64,000 nt of DNA, taken from IMG/VR virus record IMGVR_UViG_3300042401_001499, one strand, 5' to 3'. The position numbers and the translations under genes are program-made. The stretch's first letter is position 1. Each line of letters starts with the position of its first letter. Of the stretch, positions 18,628 through 29,290 are shown one piece after another. Source of the stretch: a virus. Taxonomy: Duplodnaviria; Heunggongvirae; Uroviricota; Caudoviricetes. Under the pieces are notes generated by a model. That model did no database searches and was not told the DNA's origin. It saw only the letters and a program-made list of their open reading frames with translations.

Positions 18628-21309
18628 ATGGCGGATGGTAAAATCATAGGAGGACCCTTCAGCAAGGAAGTTATAGCACAGTTAGCTTTACGAAGTAAGA
18701 TTGTTTCTAAAGCCACTAGAGAGAATAAGGAACTCATATATTTAACATCAAAAACAGGATGGGTAAAACTAACCTCAGGAGTTAATGTAGGAGGTTCTTC
18801 TGCTTTAGCCAAGAAGTATATAATGGTTGGCGGTGTTAAAGGAAGAACCGGTACAGATACTTATAGTAATTTTTCAGGAGAAAATGGAAAAGGTTTTAGA
18901 CCAATGCCAGGTATAACTGGAGTTCAAATAAACTCATTAGGGCAATTCGGACAATTAAAAGAAGCTACAGTCACTTTTAACTGTTGGGATAGATCTCAAA
19001 TAACAGAACTAGAACTTCTTTTTATGAGACCTGGATTTACAGCATTACTTGAATGGGGACATACTGTCTATGCAAAATTAGAAGGTGAGTTTGAGAAAAC
19101 TCCAAAAACTGTTGGATCTTTTTTTGATGCAGGCACTTCCAAAGAGCAGCTCTACAATGAAATAAAAGCCTTAAGGAAAGAAAGCGGATGTAACTACGAA
19201 GGTATGTTCGGCTTTATAAAAAACTTTTCATGGACCTATCGACAAGATGGAGGATATGACTGTACAACTAGTTTAGTTTCTATAGGAGAAATTATGGAAT
19301 CTCTAACAATAGATGTAGATACTCCGGCACTTACAACCATAGTAGGAGATAAAACAAAAATAATACCTGCTACAATGCTGCAGAATGTTTTAAAGACCAT
19401 TAAAGAAAGCCCTACAAATGGTTCTTGGAAAGACATAAAAACCAAATTCCCACAATTTGCTTCTAAGCACATAACAGTGGGGGGACGTGATACTTTAGAT
19501 GTAGTAAAATTCTTTTTAAGGAGCATAAAAACAGGAGAAACAATAAACACAGATACAGGGCAGAGTTTTAGCTACATGTCACTGAAGAGCTTCTGTGAAT
19601 TAGTCAATACAGTTATTATAGTAGATAATAACAAAAAAAACGTGATAAGGCTAAATACAGACATACTTAAGTTAAATAGTCAAGGTGGGGATAATACAAA
19701 AATACCTACCTGCAGATTTAGAACTTACAAGAACCATACATCAAGTGATCCAGGAGTTTGTATGTTAATGACCGACGGGTCTAAGAACTGGCCTTATGAG
19801 GAGAACCTTTTTGCTAAAATGCGATCAAACGCAGAAGGCTCTACTGATGAAATTTTAAATATTTACGTAAATGTAAACCTTCTTGAAAGTGCAATGACAA
19901 ACCTACTTGCAATGCCAGAGAAGGGCGATAGGAATTTACTAAACTTAATGAACCCAATCTTTGCAGAAATAAACTCTGTACTAGGAGATATTAACGATAT
20001 AGGTTTACAGTATGAAGAAGAGGAGTTTACCTACTACATAGTAGACAGAAAAGTGCAAGTTGAGACAAAGGACGTTTCGATCCTAAATGTTACAGGACTT
20101 AAATCAACTGTTTCACAATTCAACTTTACAACCAAGCTATCTCCAGCCATTACAACTATGTGTGCAATTTCAGCACAAGCAGGAGCAACAGATGTAGGAC
20201 TAGAAGCAGGAGCATTACTAAGATGGAATGAAGGGTTAGAGGATCGAATTATTACTAAGAAGTCTATGAAGGTAGACGAACCAGCCTTTCCAACTGTTCC
20301 AACAACTTTTCCAATAGCAGGAGTTCCACTACCTACAGCAGCTGTACAGCCAACACCGGAACAACAAAGAGATGTTCAGCAGACCGATAGAAGAAATACA
20401 ATTAAAGATGCACTAGCACAAGTATATAATTCTGGACAATACGACAGTGAAGCAATAGCAGTTGCAAGAGCTCAATTTGGACCATATTCAACAAACTACG
20501 TACAATTCTATGCAGAGGATAAAGTCAATGTGGGAAATGCAGGACCAGCAGGCATCATACCTTTCCAGGTAGGAATTGAAATGGATGGAATCTCAGGTAT
20601 AAAAATTGGACAAGCCTTTAAAATTAACGAAGGAATAATGCCAGCAAAATACGATGGAGTAGTTGGATTTATAGTAACAGGAATTGATCATAACATTGCA
20701 GGGAATAGATGGGTAACTAATCTTAAAGCTCAAACTATTGTACTAAAAGGTACAACAGAGAAACTAAGCGTTCCAACATACTCAGATGGCTTTACAGGAA
20801 CAGGAGTTTCAACAACTGAAGTAGCCGGACTAACTCCTATAACAAACTTTAAAGCAGAGAATGGACCTGCTAAAGTAGCAGCAGAACAGTACTTAGGGAG
20901 AAACCTTAGTGATACAGAGTGGAATCAACTGGTAAGAGCAACCTTTGCAGAAGCAGGAGTAAATCAAACAGAGAGAGCTTACGTAATGGCAACTATTTTA
21001 AATAGAACTCGTGTAGCTAAATCTACAGTAACATCTATATTAACAGCCAAGAATCAATTTCAATCAGTAACAGGGACTGCAAGTAACGGACGTCAGCCAA
21101 GTTCTAATTACAGAAATGGACCAGATAAGGTAAATGAAAAGAACATTTACGGTGCTGCAACAGGTATTTTAAAGAATGTACCTAAAACCATTATAAACTT
21201 TACAGCAGCAAATAGAGCAGCATATGGAGCAGGAACTAATATAGCATATCTTGACACATTGAAAAAGAAAGGTGGAATACAGATAGGACAGACAGTCTTC
21301 TCATCATAG
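18628..21309 (+). CDS. Baseplate hub protein with C-terminal SleB-like cell-wall hydrolase domain
   Basis: Hub motifs RPMPGITGV, LFMRPGFTALLEWG, MDGISGIKIGQAF; C-terminal LVRATFAEAG..ERAYVMATILNR..ILTAKNQFQSV. Confidence 0.75.
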   Translation: MADGKIIGGPFSKEVIAQLALRSKIVSKATRENKELIYLTSKTGWVKLTSGVNVGGSSALAKKYIMVGGVKGRTGTDTYSNFSGENGKGFRPMPGITGVQINSLGQFGQLKEATVTFNCWDRSQITELELLFMRPGFTALLEWGHTVYAKLEGEFEKTPKTVGSFFDAGTSKEQLYNEIKALRKESGCNYEGMFGFIKNFSWTYRQDGGYDCTTSLVSIGEIMESLTIDVDTPALTTIVGDKTKIIPATMLQNVLKTIKESPTNGSWKDIKTKFPQFASKHITVGGRDTLDVVKFFLRSIKTGETINTDTGQSFSYMSLKSFCELVNTVIIVDNNKKNVIRLNTDILKLNSQGGDNTKIPTCRFRTYKNHTSSDPGVCMLMTDGSKNWPYEENLFAKMRSNAEGSTDEILNIYVNVNLLESAMTNLLAMPEKGDRNLLNLMNPIFAEINSVLGDINDIGLQYEEEEFTYYIVDRKVQVETKDVSILNVTGLKSTVSQFNFTTKLSPAITTMCAISAQAGATDVGLEAGALLRWNEGLEDRIITKKSMKVDEPAFPTVPTTFPIAGVPLPTAAVQPTPEQQRDVQQTDRRNTIKDALAQVYNSGQYDSEAIAVARAQFGPYSTNYVQFYAEDKVNVGNAGPAGIIPFQVGIEMDGISGIKIGQAFKINEGIMPAKYDGVVGFIVTGIDHNIAGNRWVTNLKAQTIVLKGTTEKLSVPTYSDGFTGTGVSTTEVAGLTPITNFKAENGPAKVAAEQYLGRNLSDTEWNQLVRATFAEAGVNQTERAYVMATILNRTRVAKSTVTSILTAKNQFQSVTGTASNGRQPSSNYRNGPDKVNEKNIYGAATGILKNVPKTIINFTAANRAAYGAGTNIAYLDTLKKKGGIQIGQTVFSS

Positions 21310-21333
21310 AGTTTAAAAATTAAATATAGTAGA

Positions 21334-21999
21334 ATGTACATACCTAAATCGAGATATAAAAAACCTAAATCAACTGACGGTACAGAGTTTGTAGAAGTTA
21401 AGTCTAGAAAACTGTATAAGGGTTTTTATATAGAAACTTATAAAGGAAAGTTTTTTGCAGGAAAAACACCTGAAGAGGGAGGAGTTGAATTAGAAAAAAT
21501 TAAAAAGGATATAAAATTTCCGCTAGGTCTTTTAGGACTTCTAGCAGGATTCTTTTTAAAAAAACCAACTCAATCTGAAAAAGATAAAGGAGTAACAAAA
21601 AGAAATTTTATACAGGATAAAAACAACAACAAAATAATAGAAACAGATCCAGACACATATGCCCAGGCTAAAGAAAGTCTTGTAAATAGTGCATTTGCAG
21701 AAATAGATTGGATTATAGGAGGACCAGCCAATGATGTAATGTTTGGAGAATATTTATATGAAGGAGCAGAATCTAAGAATAAAAAAACAATTCAAGCTCT
21801 AGAGACTACATTACCGGGAATCTCTACCTTTGTAACCGATTATACCTACCTGGTGGAAGATACTACAACTACTACTACAACAGTAGAAAATCTAGCAGTA
21901 TCTCAATCGGCCTTAGATCAAGCACAAACCTTCCTAATACAAGATCCAGATATACAACTAGAAAATTTTCGAAAAGCAAATTTCGATTTAAGAAAATAA
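21334..21999 (+). CDS. Hypothetical protein at end of baseplate module
   Basis: Intact 221-aa ORF. Confidence 0.55.
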   Translation: MYIPKSRYKKPKSTDGTEFVEVKSRKLYKGFYIETYKGKFFAGKTPEEGGVELEKIKKDIKFPLGLLGLLAGFFLKKPTQSEKDKGVTKRNFIQDKNNNKIIETDPDTYAQAKESLVNSAFAEIDWIIGGPANDVMFGEYLYEGAESKNKKTIQALETTLPGISTFVTDYTYLVEDTTTTTTTVENLAVSQSALDQAQTFLIQDPDIQLENFRKANFDLRK

Positions 22000-22005
22000 A
22001 ACATA

Positions 22006-22042
22006 TAAGGCTTGCTTTTGCAGGCCTTTTTTCTTATATTAA
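22006..22042 (+). promoter_or_regulatory. Fused terminator/promoter (TTG 22012, TA 22035)
   Basis: aaggcttgc-tttt-gcaggcctttttt hairpin contains TTG; TTCTTATATTAA follows at fixed spacing. Confidence 0.7.
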
Positions 22043-22059
22043 AGAAAAGGTTATAAGAT

Positions 22060-23385
22060 ATGTTCTATATTATAGAGACAGAGGAGCAAATACAGCTTCT
22101 AAAAAATTTAGGCAGGAAAGGAGGGTATGTGGAAGTCATTTCTTCAAATGATAACTATCATCCACTTCTTACAACTACCGTAGCAGTCTACTTAAGACCT
22201 TTAGATCACCCTGAAGGGTATATTATTCCAATAAGTCATGATGAAGGATTAAATCTAACAAAAGACTGTGTCTCTGACATATTAAAAGAATACACAACAC
22301 TTTATACATTTGATAAGAAAGAATTGATGTACCACTTCATATTACCTTCTGTCATAGATCTTTCCTTGCTTCATTCAATGACTTCTTATAATAGACTTGA
22401 ACTTCCAAGATCTAACTCAACTTGCAATTGGTATTACAATCGTTTTTATGATTTTAAAGAAATAAATGCTATAATTCCTATATCAAAGTTATTTGAAAAA
22501 TGTGAAGAGAATTATAAGTCTTTAGGGAAGATATTGCATATTGCAATACCCAATGGCTTTGATTTTTACAATAAGACTGCAACGTCTGTTTTCTTTATGA
22601 TTGAAAGAGCTGGATTGAGAATAACCTATCAATCTTTTTTAGAATTATTTAAACCAAACAATCCTGTTTATAGTATTGATAACAATATCATATATACTTC
22701 GTATAATTTATATAATACAACTTCTCGTCCAACAAATGCTTTTAATTCAGTAAATTTTGCAGCAATTCCAAAAGCACCTGAGTTTAGAAAAGCAATTATT
22801 CCTCAGAACGATGTTTTTGTTGAAATGGACTTTGATGGATATCATTTAAGATTATTATGCGAGCAAATCGGATATGAATTAACAGATGAGTCAGCTCACG
22901 TTCAATTGGCAAGACTTTACTTTGGAAAGGATGAAATAGCTGAAGATGAGTATGCAAAAGCAAAACAAATTAACTTCCATGCCATTTACGGAAAGATTCC
23001 ACCTGAGTATGCTTTCCTAGAAATCTTTGATAAGATACAGAATTATATAAACGGTCTTTGGAAGCAATTTAAAGAACAAGGATACGTAGAGGATCCAATA
23101 TCAGGAAAAAGATTTACACAAGATCTTCCAGAAATGCATCCGCAGAAGCTTATGAATTATATGATGCAAAGCTTGGAAACCTCAAGAAATATTCTTATAT
23201 TAAAAGATGTGCTTATGTTTCTTCAAGATAAGAAAAGCAGCTTAGCACTTTATACTTACGATGCCTTTGTATTTGATTTTGACAAAGAGGATGGAAAAGA
23301 GACGTTAGAATCTCTAGAAAAAATAATGAATCAGGGAGGAAAGTACCCTATAAAATTCAAATACAGTAGTAACTTAGTTTTGTAA
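22060..23385 (+). CDS. polA: Short family A DNA polymerase with divergent motifs
   Basis: Motif A EMDFDGYHLR; motif B AKQINFHAIYG; NYMMQS; motif C YTYDAFVFD; thumb YNTTSRPTN..NFAAIPK. Confidence 0.8.
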   Translation: MFYIIETEEQIQLLKNLGRKGGYVEVISSNDNYHPLLTTTVAVYLRPLDHPEGYIIPISHDEGLNLTKDCVSDILKEYTTLYTFDKKELMYHFILPSVIDLSLLHSMTSYNRLELPRSNSTCNWYYNRFYDFKEINAIIPISKLFEKCEENYKSLGKILHIAIPNGFDFYNKTATSVFFMIERAGLRITYQSFLELFKPNNPVYSIDNNIIYTSYNLYNTTSRPTNAFNSVNFAAIPKAPEFRKAIIPQNDVFVEMDFDGYHLRLLCEQIGYELTDESAHVQLARLYFGKDEIAEDEYAKAKQINFHAIYGKIPPEYAFLEIFDKIQNYINGLWKQFKEQGYVEDPISGKRFTQDLPEMHPQKLMNYMMQSLETSRNILILKDVLMFLQDKKSSLALYTYDAFVFDFDKEDGKETLESLEKIMNQGGKYPIKFKYSSNLVL

Positions 23386-23404
23386 AATAAAAACATATTT
23401 ATAA

Positions 23405-23860
23405 ATGATACAAATAGATGTAGCGCCAACAATGTTCGATTACGATATCGAATCAAATTACAATTACGCTGACATGAGCAACAAACTTTTCTGTACATTC
23501 TCCTCAGAAGAAAATCTTGAGGAAATATTAAGTACGATACAGGGCAAATACAAGATCATTTATAATAAAATTTTCGTTCTTTATTCAAAGAGCCAAGATG
23601 AATATATCTGTACATATAACGTAGAATTCGGAAACGTTTCTAATTTTCTAGAAAATACTATTTTAGTTCATAGAAAAAAAGAATCAAATACCCTATACAC
23701 AATCAATTCATTAAATCGACTAATTGAATCTCTAAACGGAGGAGTATTAGATACAAACTTCAGAGTTGAATGGAATGACTATCAAAACTGTATACTTTTA
23801 ACAAAAGGAGCAGAATTAAAAAGAGTCAACACAAAATTATTTAGAATATTAGAATTATAG
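23405..23860 (+). CDS. Conserved hypothetical protein
   Basis: NKLFCTF...HRKKESNTLYTINSLN; intact ORF. Confidence 0.6.
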   Translation: MIQIDVAPTMFDYDIESNYNYADMSNKLFCTFSSEENLEEILSTIQGKYKIIYNKIFVLYSKSQDEYICTYNVEFGNVSNFLENTILVHRKKESNTLYTINSLNRLIESLNGGVLDTNFRVEWNDYQNCILLTKGAELKRVNTKLFRILEL

Positions 23861-23926
23861 TTGGAATATTAAAATATTCTTCTTATCTTATATAAATAAA
23901 AGTTTTAATTAAAAATCAGTTACATT

Positions 23927-24778
23927 ATGGATTTAAACGCAATTAAATCAAAGTTAGCCGCTCTAAACAGTGGTGGAAATCAAGACCGTGAGAAAGTAGA
24001 CTTCGATAAGATTTACTGGAGACCGGCAAACGGAAAATCAACTATTAGAATCGTACCTTCGGCATTCAATGCTGCAGATCCTTTCACAGAGTTGAAACTA
24101 CACTACAACATCGGGAAATTTCCTATGATGTCTCTTTCAAACTACGGAAAACAAGATCCAATCGAAGAATTCGTAAAAGAATTAAGAAAAACATCTGACA
24201 AAGACAATTGGTCTCTTTCAGGAAAACTATCACCTAAATCTAGATTCTTTGCTCCTGTTGTTGTAAGAGGAGAAGAAGAAAAAGGAGTTCGTCTTTGGTC
24301 ATTCGGAGTTAACATCTACAAAGCATTATTGGCTTTAGCAGAGGATGAAGACATTGGAGATTTTACAGACGTAATGAGTGGATGGGATATGGTTGTTGAA
24401 AACACACCAGCTGCAGGACCAGGTCAGTTCCCAACTACTACGGTTCGTATCAAACCAAAACAAACTACATTATCAGATGACGATAGTAAAGTGAACTCTT
24501 GGCTAAAAGACCAACCAAACGCTTTAGAAGTACAAACTCAGTACGACTATGAATACATCAAGAAAAAATTACAAGAGTACTTAAATCCAGGAGAAGAAGT
24601 AGCATCAGCAGCTCCAGTAGCAGCAGAATCAATTGCACCAGTATCTACTCCATCAGCAGTAGCTGAACCAACTGACTTAGATAGAGCTTTAGGAAGCAAT
24701 AAGACAGACTTTACTTTAGAGACTGCAGTTGAGGGTAACAAAAGTACAGTAAATAAATTCGACGATTTATTCAACTAA
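23927..24778 (+). CDS. Single-stranded DNA-binding protein (T4 gp32-like)
   Basis: YWRPANGKSTIRIVP; DPIEEF; acidic C-terminus NKFDDLFN; precedes RecA. Confidence 0.8.
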   Translation: MDLNAIKSKLAALNSGGNQDREKVDFDKIYWRPANGKSTIRIVPSAFNAADPFTELKLHYNIGKFPMMSLSNYGKQDPIEEFVKELRKTSDKDNWSLSGKLSPKSRFFAPVVVRGEEEKGVRLWSFGVNIYKALLALAEDEDIGDFTDVMSGWDMVVENTPAAGPGQFPTTTVRIKPKQTTLSDDDSKVNSWLKDQPNALEVQTQYDYEYIKKKLQEYLNPGEEVASAAPVAAESIAPVSTPSAVAEPTDLDRALGSNKTDFTLETAVEGNKSTVNKFDDLFN

Positions 24779-24781
24779 GAA

Positions 24782-25861
24782 ATGGCAGTTAGAAAAACAG
24801 CCCCTAAAACCGCTAGCGAGATAATCAAAGGCGGTTTCAGTCTCGATAACTTTAAGAAAAACAAAGGGTTTAGTAATTCTTCTGTAAAATTTAAAGAACA
24901 AGACTGGATTAAAGTCTCAGATGCTTTTTCAGAAGTAACATCCCTTAAAGGAATACCTATGGGGCATATTACCCTCTTAAGAGGACATTCTGATACAGGA
25001 AAAACTACTCTACTATTAGAAGCAGCAGTTGAAGCACAAAAGAGACAAGTACTTCCGGTATTCATTATTACCGAGATGAAATGGTCTTGGCCTCATGCTC
25101 AAATGATGGGTCTTCAAGTTGAAGAGGTAGTTGATGAGGAAACAGGAGAAATAACTGACTACAAAGGATTTTTCTTATATGCAGATAGAGGAACTCTAAA
25201 TACCATAGAAGATGTAGCAGTTTATATCTTGGACTTAATCGATGAACAAAAGAAAGGAAATCTTCCTTACGATTTATGTTTCTTCTGGGATTCAGTTGGA
25301 TCAGTACCAAGTGATTTATCAGTAAGATCAAATAAGAATAATAACGAATGGAATGCTGGAGCAATGTCTACTCAATTTGGAAATAACGTAAATCAAAAGA
25401 TTATGTTATCAAGAAAAGAAGCAAGCAAGTATACAAACACTCTAGTAGCAATCAATAAAGTTTGGACTGCAAAACCTGAACATCCAATGGGTCAACCTCG
25501 ATTGGAGAATAAAGGAGGAAAAACAATGTGGTATGATGCAACAGTTATTATTACCTTCGGAAATATTACAAATTCAGGAACAAGTAAGATCAAAGCCGTT
25601 ACAAAAGGTAAAGAGTTTGAATTTGCTAAAAGAACCAAAGTTCAGATAGAAAAGAACCACATCGATGGTATTCAATCTAGAGGAGCAATCATTATGACCA
25701 GTCATGGATTTATTGCAGACGATAAGAAAGCAATTGATACATATAAAGACACTCATAAAGGATCTTGGGCAAATACGTTAGGGTCAACAGACTTTACAGT
25801 AACAATCGAAGCCGAAGTAGGAGAAGACTTAAGAACTGATATGGAAATGCTCGATGAGTAG
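24782..25861 (+). CDS. recA: RecA/UvsX recombinase
   Basis: GIPMGHITLLRGHSDTGKTT Walker A; FFWDSVGSV Walker B; INKVW; KGGK. Confidence 0.85.
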   Translation: MAVRKTAPKTASEIIKGGFSLDNFKKNKGFSNSSVKFKEQDWIKVSDAFSEVTSLKGIPMGHITLLRGHSDTGKTTLLLEAAVEAQKRQVLPVFIITEMKWSWPHAQMMGLQVEEVVDEETGEITDYKGFFLYADRGTLNTIEDVAVYILDLIDEQKKGNLPYDLCFFWDSVGSVPSDLSVRSNKNNNEWNAGAMSTQFGNNVNQKIMLSRKEASKYTNTLVAINKVWTAKPEHPMGQPRLENKGGKTMWYDATVIITFGNITNSGTSKIKAVTKGKEFEFAKRTKVQIEKNHIDGIQSRGAIIMTSHGFIADDKKAIDTYKDTHKGSWANTLGSTDFTVTIEAEVGEDLRTDMEMLDE

Positions 25862-26876
25862 TTATTTAGATATACTAAATAAAATCGAACAAAAACCAGA
25901 CAGAAAACTAAACGACCATGTTTTGATTGTAGATAGTATGAATACCTTTATAAGGTCTTTTGCAATGCTACAGTCTATGAATCCACAAGGCCATCACACC
26001 GGTGGTCTTGTTGGTTTTTTAAGGTCATTAGGTTTTCTAAATAGAACAATTGACCCTACTAGAATCATTTGCGTATTTGACGGACAAGCTTCCTCTTCAA
26101 GTAGAAAGAATATTGATCCTGAATACAAAGCAAATAGAAATATTAAGAGGATTACCAATTGGGAAATATTCGATGATAAAGATGACGAGTTCCAAAGCAT
26201 GACAATGCAAATGGGACGATTGGTTGAATACTTACAGTGCTTACCTCTAACTCTAATCTCTATTGATAAGATAGAAGCAGATGATACTATATCTTATCTA
26301 GCTCAGAAATTTGCAGCTAATAATAAAAAGGTAACAATTGTTTCTTCTGATAAAGATTTTTTACAGATAGTGGATGAAAATATAGAAGTTTATTCCCCTA
26401 TCAAGAAAAAAACCTACGGAAAAAAAGAGGTACAGGAAGAAATAGGAATGATCCCTGAGAATTATTTAATAATGAAAGCACTATTAGGTGATAACTCAGA
26501 TAACCTTACAGGTATAAAAGGATTAGGACCTAAGACACTCATAAAAGAATTCCCAGGACTAGTAAAAGATCCTTTATTTGAATTAAGTGATATTCAGAAA
26601 ATTTGTAATGAAAAATTACAGACTAAGAAAATATTCGCACAAATACTGTATGATTGGAATAAAGTAAAAACTAACTATGAATTGATGAATCTTTTAGAGC
26701 CAAGGTTGGGAGATTACGAAATAGTTCATATATTAGATAAGATAAAAGAGCCAATACCTGCTTTACAGGTTGTTACTTTTTTAAAAATGTTAGAGGCAGA
26801 TCAAATCGAAGCTCTAAACAAAAACGTTGAAGGATGGTTAGAGATTTTTAGACCGCTTTCAACATATCAAAAATAA
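25854..26876 (+). CDS. 5'-3' exonuclease / flap endonuclease (T4 RNase H-like)
   Basis: LIVDSMN; VFDG; YKANR; EADDTI; IVSSDKDFLQ; LLGDNSDNLTGIKGLGPKT. Confidence 0.92.
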   Translation: MSSYLDILNKIEQKPDRKLNDHVLIVDSMNTFIRSFAMLQSMNPQGHHTGGLVGFLRSLGFLNRTIDPTRIICVFDGQASSSSRKNIDPEYKANRNIKRITNWEIFDDKDDEFQSMTMQMGRLVEYLQCLPLTLISIDKIEADDTISYLAQKFAANNKKVTIVSSDKDFLQIVDENIEVYSPIKKKTYGKKEVQEEIGMIPENYLIMKALLGDNSDNLTGIKGLGPKTLIKEFPGLVKDPLFELSDIQKICNEKLQTKKIFAQILYDWNKVKTNYELMNLLEPRLGDYEIVHILDKIKEPIPALQVVTFLKMLEADQIEALNKNVEGWLEIFRPLSTYQK

Positions 26877-26896
26877 GTTATAATAAAATAAGTTAC

Positions 26897-28249
26897 ATGA
26901 CATCATTAGCAAAATTATCTTCCTACGGAAAAGGATTCCAATTAAAAGTATTGGGAGCATTACTAACAGACAAAAAATTCTTGCTTAACACAAGAGATTT
27001 ACTACAACCAGATTATTTTGATTCAGATGCACATAAGTGGATCCTAGAAACTACTATCAAGTATTATGATAAGTATCATACTACAATTTCATTGGAAGCA
27101 TTGAAAATTGAATTACAGAAAGTAGAGAATGATATCTTACAAGTAGCAGTTAAAGCAGAATTAAGAAACTGTTACGAAGCCACTCAAGAGGATCTAGCAT
27201 ACGTTGTAGAAGAATTTACTACCTTTGCCAAAAACCAAGAACTTAAAGCAGCATTACTAAACTCAGCAGACCTATTAAATCAAGGAGACTTTGATGGAAT
27301 TAGAGGATTGATTGAAAGAGCTATGAGAGCTGGTATGGATAAGAATATGGGTCATGAATATAATAAGGATGTAGAGAGTCGTTATAGAGAAAACTACAGA
27401 CCAACTATTCCAACACCTTGGCCGATTATGAATGAAACCATTGGAGGTGGTTGGGGCCCTGGCGATTTAATTATTATGTTTGGTAATCCTGGAGGAGGAA
27501 AGTCTTGGACGATGGTGGCAGCAGCAGCACATGCAGTACTAATGGGATTCAATGTAAACTTCTATACTCTAGAACTAGGAGAAGATTATGTAGGAAAACG
27601 TTTTGACTGTTACTTCACAGGACATGGAATTGAAGAAGTAAATAAACATAGAGGAGAGGTTGAGAAGATTGTAGGTAAATTAAAAGGAAAATTAATTGTA
27701 AAAGAGTATCCACCAAAAGGAGCTTCAATCAATACAATTAAATCTCACATCCAGAAATGTATCGATATGGATCACAAACCAGATATGGTTATTATTGATT
27801 ATGTCGATTATTTAAAAGCACCTTCTAAATCTCGTTTCACAGAGAGAAAAGATGAAATAGATGATGTGTTTATTGGAGCAAAAGGACTAGCTAAGGAACT
27901 TCAAATTCCTATTCTAACACCATCTCAAGTTAATAGAATGGGTGCTAAGGATTCTGTTATCGAAGGAGATAAAGCAGCAGGTTCTTACGACAAGATGATG
28001 GTAGCAGATATTTGTTTATCTCTTTCTAGAATGAAAGAAGATAAGGTTTTAGGAACGGGAAGAATTCACGTTATGAAGAACAGATATGGAATGGATGGTA
28101 TGACCTGGGATGCAAAAGTAGATACAAATAATGGTCATATTGAGATTTTAGGAAACATGTTACTAGACGAATCTGGCGACAAACCTAAAGGAAGTTATAA
28201 AGAAATAGCTAACAAGTTCTTTGAGTTGGAGAGTCAAGTTCCATTCTAA
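26897..28249 (+). CDS. dnaB: Replicative DNA helicase (DnaB/gp41-like)
   Basis: GNPGGGKSW; YTLEL; VIIDYVDYL; PSQVNR; KNRYG. Confidence 0.92.
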   Translation: MTSLAKLSSYGKGFQLKVLGALLTDKKFLLNTRDLLQPDYFDSDAHKWILETTIKYYDKYHTTISLEALKIELQKVENDILQVAVKAELRNCYEATQEDLAYVVEEFTTFAKNQELKAALLNSADLLNQGDFDGIRGLIERAMRAGMDKNMGHEYNKDVESRYRENYRPTIPTPWPIMNETIGGGWGPGDLIIMFGNPGGGKSWTMVAAAAHAVLMGFNVNFYTLELGEDYVGKRFDCYFTGHGIEEVNKHRGEVEKIVGKLKGKLIVKEYPPKGASINTIKSHIQKCIDMDHKPDMVIIDYVDYLKAPSKSRFTERKDEIDDVFIGAKGLAKELQIPILTPSQVNRMGAKDSVIEGDKAAGSYDKMMVADICLSLSRMKEDKVLGTGRIHVMKNRYGMDGMTWDAKVDTNNGHIEILGNMLLDESGDKPKGSYKEIANKFFELESQVPF

Positions 28250-28303
28250 AAGCCTATTTATTTCTACAGTCATAATCTATAACGAATATTAAAAAAAGCG
28301 AAT

Positions 28304-29281
28304 ATGAGTCTAAAAGACGAACGCATAGTTTACAAACCATTTGAATACCCACAAGCACACGATTACTGGCTTAAAGCGCACCAAGCGCACTGGTTACATA
28401 CAGAAGTTCCAATGTCACAAGACGTAACAGATTGGAATTCGAACTTAAAACCACACGAAAAAAATGTTATAGGCGGAATCCTAAAAGGATTTGCTCAAAC
28501 AGAAACAGTTGTAAACGATTACTGGACATCTTTAGTAACAAAATGGTTTAGAAAACCAGAAGTTATCATGATGGCAGTTACTTTTGGAGCTTTCGAAACA
28601 ATCCATGCTGAAGCATATGCTCTACTAAACGAGCAATTAGGATTAGATAATTTTGCAGAATTCTTAGAAGACGAATCAACAGCAGCTAAAATTCAATCTT
28701 TACTGGATGTTAGAGACGGAAATGCAGGAGAAACAGATTGGCATGAAGCAGCTAGATCTCTAGCAATATTCTCAGCATTTACCGAAGGAGTAAATCTATT
28801 CTCTTCTTTTGCGGTACTATTATCATTTAAGATGAGAAATAAGTTAAAAGGAGTAGGTCAAATAGTTGAATGGTCTGTAAGAGATGAATCACTTCACTCA
28901 GAAGCAGGATGTTGGTTATTTAGAACTTTAATGGAAGAATATCCAGAACTAAAAACAGAAAAACTTATCAACGATATTAGAGAAGCAGCAACACTTGCTC
29001 TTCAACTAGAATTTAACTTTATCGATAAGATATTTGAAATGGGAGATTTAGAGAATTTATCTAAAAACGAACTAAAAAACTTTATTAAACACAGAGTAAA
29101 TACTAAGATGGGAGATTTAGGATTAAAACCTTTAATACCTTCAGATCAAATCGATAAAGGAGCTTTAAAACAAATGTTATGGTTTGATGCAGTAGTAGCA
29201 GGTAAACAACATACAGATTTTTTCGCATCAAGAGTAACGAATTATGCCAAAGGGCATATGGATTGGGACAACGCATTTTAA
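28304..29281 (+). CDS. nrdB: Class I ribonucleotide reductase beta subunit
   Basis: YKPFEYP; QTE; ETIHAEAY; EGVNLFSSF; RDESLH; HTDFF. Confidence 0.95.
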   Translation: MSLKDERIVYKPFEYPQAHDYWLKAHQAHWLHTEVPMSQDVTDWNSNLKPHEKNVIGGILKGFAQTETVVNDYWTSLVTKWFRKPEVIMMAVTFGAFETIHAEAYALLNEQLGLDNFAEFLEDESTAAKIQSLLDVRDGNAGETDWHEAARSLAIFSAFTEGVNLFSSFAVLLSFKMRNKLKGVGQIVEWSVRDESLHSEAGCWLFRTLMEEYPELKTEKLINDIREAATLALQLEFNFIDKIFEMGDLENLSKNELKNFIKHRVNTKMGDLGLKPLIPSDQIDKGALKQMLWFDAVVAGKQHTDFFASRVTNYAKGHMDWDNAF

Positions 29282-29290
29282 TTTAATTTT

